The notes below the pieces were generated by a model that was given only the letters and a program-made list of their open reading frames with translations, did no database searches and had not been told where the DNA came from. A stretch of 63,979 nucleotides of DNA, filler included, from an uncultured bacterium (GTDB taxonomy: Bacteria; Hinthialibacterota; Hinthialibacteria; Hinthialibacterales; Hinthialibacteraceae): assembly GCA_964449065.1 (NCBI GenBank). It is 15 parts of 15 records of this genome, joined end to end, with 100 filler letters (N's around TTAATTAATTAA, not from the genome) between each part and the next. Parts side by side here need not be neighbours in the genome. Positions count along the whole stretch, not along the records: positions 60,844 to 63,979 come from CAYVAZ010000472.1; 14 more parts are not named here. One strand, given 5' to 3'. Of this stretch, positions 61,560 to 63,979 are shown piece after piece (positions within the stretch are counted from its first letter, which is position 1; the number at the start of each line of letters is the position of its first letter). The translations under genes and the position numbers were made by a program.

Positions 61560-62675
61560 TCAGGACGAACTTCCCGGCAACCTGGTAATCATCCCCACAT
61601 CAACCGCTTCATGCGTCTCGGCACTATGCACAGCGGCAAAACACAACGCCAAGCTCTTCAAGTTTTCTTCTGGATTGTTTACCGGTGTACGGTCATCCTC
61701 TATCGCGCACAAGAGTTCCGCCATTGCCCCATGCAACCCATCGGGGAACCATTTCCCTTCCAACTTCGGCGTGGCATGGCCTTTTTCCGTATACAGCGTA
61801 ACCTGCTGATCCATCAAATCCGGCCCAACGCTGATGATTGTCCCCTTTGTCCCTGTAATGAAAGTTCGGTCCTGATGCCCGAATTTGGTATCCGCGTCAA
61901 AACTAAGCGTCGCCTGCGCGCCGTCAAACTCAATCAACGCTTGCCCCAACAAGGGTGGTTTGGCTTTTTGTGTAGAAGAAGCCGTTAACGATGCATATAC
62001 CCGTCTGGGCGGATATTTGATAAAACAATTCACCAAATCAAACCAATGGATCGCGAAGTCATACAGCACAATATGATGCACATCATTAAAGGGGGTATCC
62101 GCAATCCAGTTGTGATCCCAATGAATCGCCATGTGCGCGGTATACACATCCCCAATCAACCCGGCATTGACCGCCTGCCGTGCGTACGAAAAATGCGGCG
62201 CCCAACGCCCGTTTTGATTGACCGCCAGCTTAATGTTTTTCTCTTTCGCTTTTTGGATTAAATGCTTCCCATACTCAATGTCGATCACAAACGGCTTCTG
62301 GCTTAGAATGTGTTTCCCGGCATCAATCGCTTCTTCTAAAATCGGTGCGCGTTCTTTTGGATGCGGCGTAATATCGACCACATCAATATCATCCCGTTCC
62401 AATATCTTGCGGTAATCGTCATATACATTCGCGTTGGGGTAGAATTGTTCCCTCCGCTTTTGCGCACGTTCCTCAGCTACATCGCATAGCGCTACTACGT
62501 TATACCCACCGTTGGTATACGCTTTTAAATGATGTTCGCTGATTCCCCCGCAGCCGATCACAGCGATATTGGGCTGATACGATTTTGTCTTTTGGGGCCT
62601 GTAAGGAAAATCCGGCGCTGGAATGGGTTTGGATGCACGCAGTTCGCCCACACCATATTCTTTTTCTTCTGCCAT
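61560..62675 (-). CDS. Gfo/Idh/MocA family oxidoreductase
   Basis: IGCGGI, GKHILSQKPF, NQNGRW.P, IHWFD. Confidence 0.92.
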   Translation of the reverse strand: MAEEKEYGVGELRASKPIPAPDFPYRPQKTKSYQPNIAVIGCGGISEHHLKAYTNGGYNVVALCDVAEERAQKRREQFYPNANVYDDYRKILERDDIDVVDITPHPKERAPILEEAIDAGKHILSQKPFVIDIEYGKHLIQKAKEKNIKLAVNQNGRWAPHFSYARQAVNAGLIGDVYTAHMAIHWDHNWIADTPFNDVHHIVLYDFAIHWFDLVNCFIKYPPRRVYASLTASSTQKAKPPLLGQALIEFDGAQATLSFDADTKFGHQDRTFITGTKGTIISVGPDLMDQQVTLYTEKGHATPKLEGKWFPDGLHGAMAELLCAIEDDRTPVNNPEENLKSLALCFAAVHSAETHEAVDVGMITRLPGSSS

Positions 62676-62679
62676 GTTC

Positions 62680-63756
62680 CTACTCCATTAATGGTAGAGT
62701 CTTTTTCTGCATCGCGCTTTGATACGCGGTATCGACAATCTGCTGTCCGATCCGTGAAATCTCAATCGACAACGGATTGTCAATCGGCGAGCCGGTTTCG
62801 ATGCAATGGACGAGGTATTGAATCGGGTTTTGATACGGCGGCTGCAACTCATCCGATGGCACCTCTTTGCCTTCCGGGCAATCTCTTGTTTGCACGAAGA
62901 TGGTCTTGGCGTAATCATAACAACTGATCGTGCCGCCGGTTCCCTTGATGACAAAACCGCATTTGGGCTGCGGCTGATGCACCCACGGGTCGGTAAATGT
63001 CCCCCACATCGTTTCGCATTTGGATAGCCCATGCGCGTAGCGGATTATTGTGATGCTGTGCTCATCCACTTCCAACCCTTCCGGCTCATCCATGACCGCT
63101 GTTACTTCAATCGGCTTGCGCTTATTTTGGAACCAGGTACCCAGAGTGGTGCCGTATCCGAGGTAATCCAGCATCGAACCGCCGCCGTGGCTCTTTTTAT
63201 AAAACCAACTCTTGGGCTTTTCCGCTTTAATAAATTCTTCGGTGGTTTCTTCTTTATCGGCAAGGTGATACAAAGGCCCGCGGTTGCCGCCATAATGATG
63301 AAACTCCAACACCTCGCCGATCACACCTTCATCGATCAAACGCTTTGCCGTGCAGTGCGATGCCACCCAAACCAGCGGCCAGTTGATCGCCAACAACTTG
63401 CTGCTGTTTTTCATCGCGCCGATCATCTCGTCCGCTTCGGCAAGCGATGCCGCAAACGGCTTTTCCATCAAAATATGCACATCGAATGGAGCCATCTTTT
63501 TCGTCCATTCCGCGTGTTTCGCTGTCGCGGGGCAGAGAATCACGATATCCGGCTGTGTTTCTTCCAAGCACTTTTGATAATCCGTAAAAAGCAAAGATGG
63601 CGGCACGCCGAAATTTGATGCCGCGCTCTCCATCCGCTCCGGCTGCTCATCGCATAACCCCACGATTTCGGTATCGGGGTGTTCATACACCATCCGCAAA
63701 TTGTCACCCATGTGCATGTGATCGAAGTTGATGCCTGCTATCTTGTATTTAGCCAT
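62680..63756 (-). CDS. Gfo/Idh/MocA family oxidoreductase
   Basis: HILMEKPFA, NWP, GGGSMLDYLGYG. Cotranscribed with the paralogue below it. Confidence 0.9.
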   Translation of the reverse strand: MAKYKIAGINFDHMHMGDNLRMVYEHPDTEIVGLCDEQPERMESAASNFGVPPSLLFTDYQKCLEETQPDIVILCPATAKHAEWTKKMAPFDVHILMEKPFAASLAEADEMIGAMKNSSKLLAINWPLVWVASHCTAKRLIDEGVIGEVLEFHHYGGNRGPLYHLADKEETTEEFIKAEKPKSWFYKKSHGGGSMLDYLGYGTTLGTWFQNKRKPIEVTAVMDEPEGLEVDEHSITIIRYAHGLSKCETMWGTFTDPWVHQPQPKCGFVIKGTGGTISCYDYAKTIFVQTRDCPEGKEVPSDELQPPYQNPIQYLVHCIETGSPIDNPLSIEISRIGQQIVDTAYQSAMQKKTLPLME

Positions 63757-63979
63757 GATGAGTATCCTTTATATTTTAGAGTATTTCTTTAAGTTGAGGT
63801 AAATCAATCCTAATAGTTTCCCATACGATTTTATTGCTGATCCCCAGATAATCATGAAAAATAAAATTTCGAAAAACGCGTATTTCACGCCATGATATTT
63901 CAGAATATTTTGATTGAATATCGTCAGGAATATGATACGCGGCTTCCCCAATTACAATAAAATTTCGTATAACCGCATC

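Noticed and set aside
1..63979. CRISPR array or cas genes
   Set aside because: No regularly spaced direct repeats with unique spacers. The repeats seen are dispersed palindromes or MITEs.

Overview
This window is not one locus. It is 15 unrelated ~4.2-4.3 kb contigs of a draft or binned genome, in decreasing size, joined by an artificial linker (44 N + TTAATTAATTAA + 44 N). Contigs: 1-4321, 4422-8718, 8819-13101, 13202-17484, 17585-21856, 21957-26208, 26309-30550, 30651-34889, 34990-39225, 39326-43554, 43655-47868, 47969-52178, 52279-56461, 56562-60743, 60844-end. Gene neighbourhood is only meaningful within a contig. Most contigs look like one diderm bacterium (TolC, MipA, T2SS-like gspEFG, prepilin-type proteins; a PVC-related or candidate phylum is my inference) whose intergenic regions carry several shared MITE/REP-like repeat families that also cause the contig breaks. 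Contig 11 looks foreign (Bacteroidota-like, IS4). Housekeeping genes include serC, moeB, asnB, sbcC, comB, yaaA, cdsA, uppS, miaA, hfq, dgt, leuA and tRNA-Leu(UAA). Best leads: (1) a Leu T-box riboswitch followed by a second, TTA-rich Leu leader ORF overlapping the leuA start; (2) two Rpn nuclease genes with internal RBS+ATG (gene-within-gene antitoxin); (3) an uncharacterised radical SAM / chorismate-lyase-like / flavin halogenase-like cluster; (4) a receiver-ECF sigma fusion split by one base; (5) a defence-like sacsin/HNH + RecD-like pair in which the helicase is replaced in frame by a ParB-like domain; (6) MITEs chained through shared CTAG sites.
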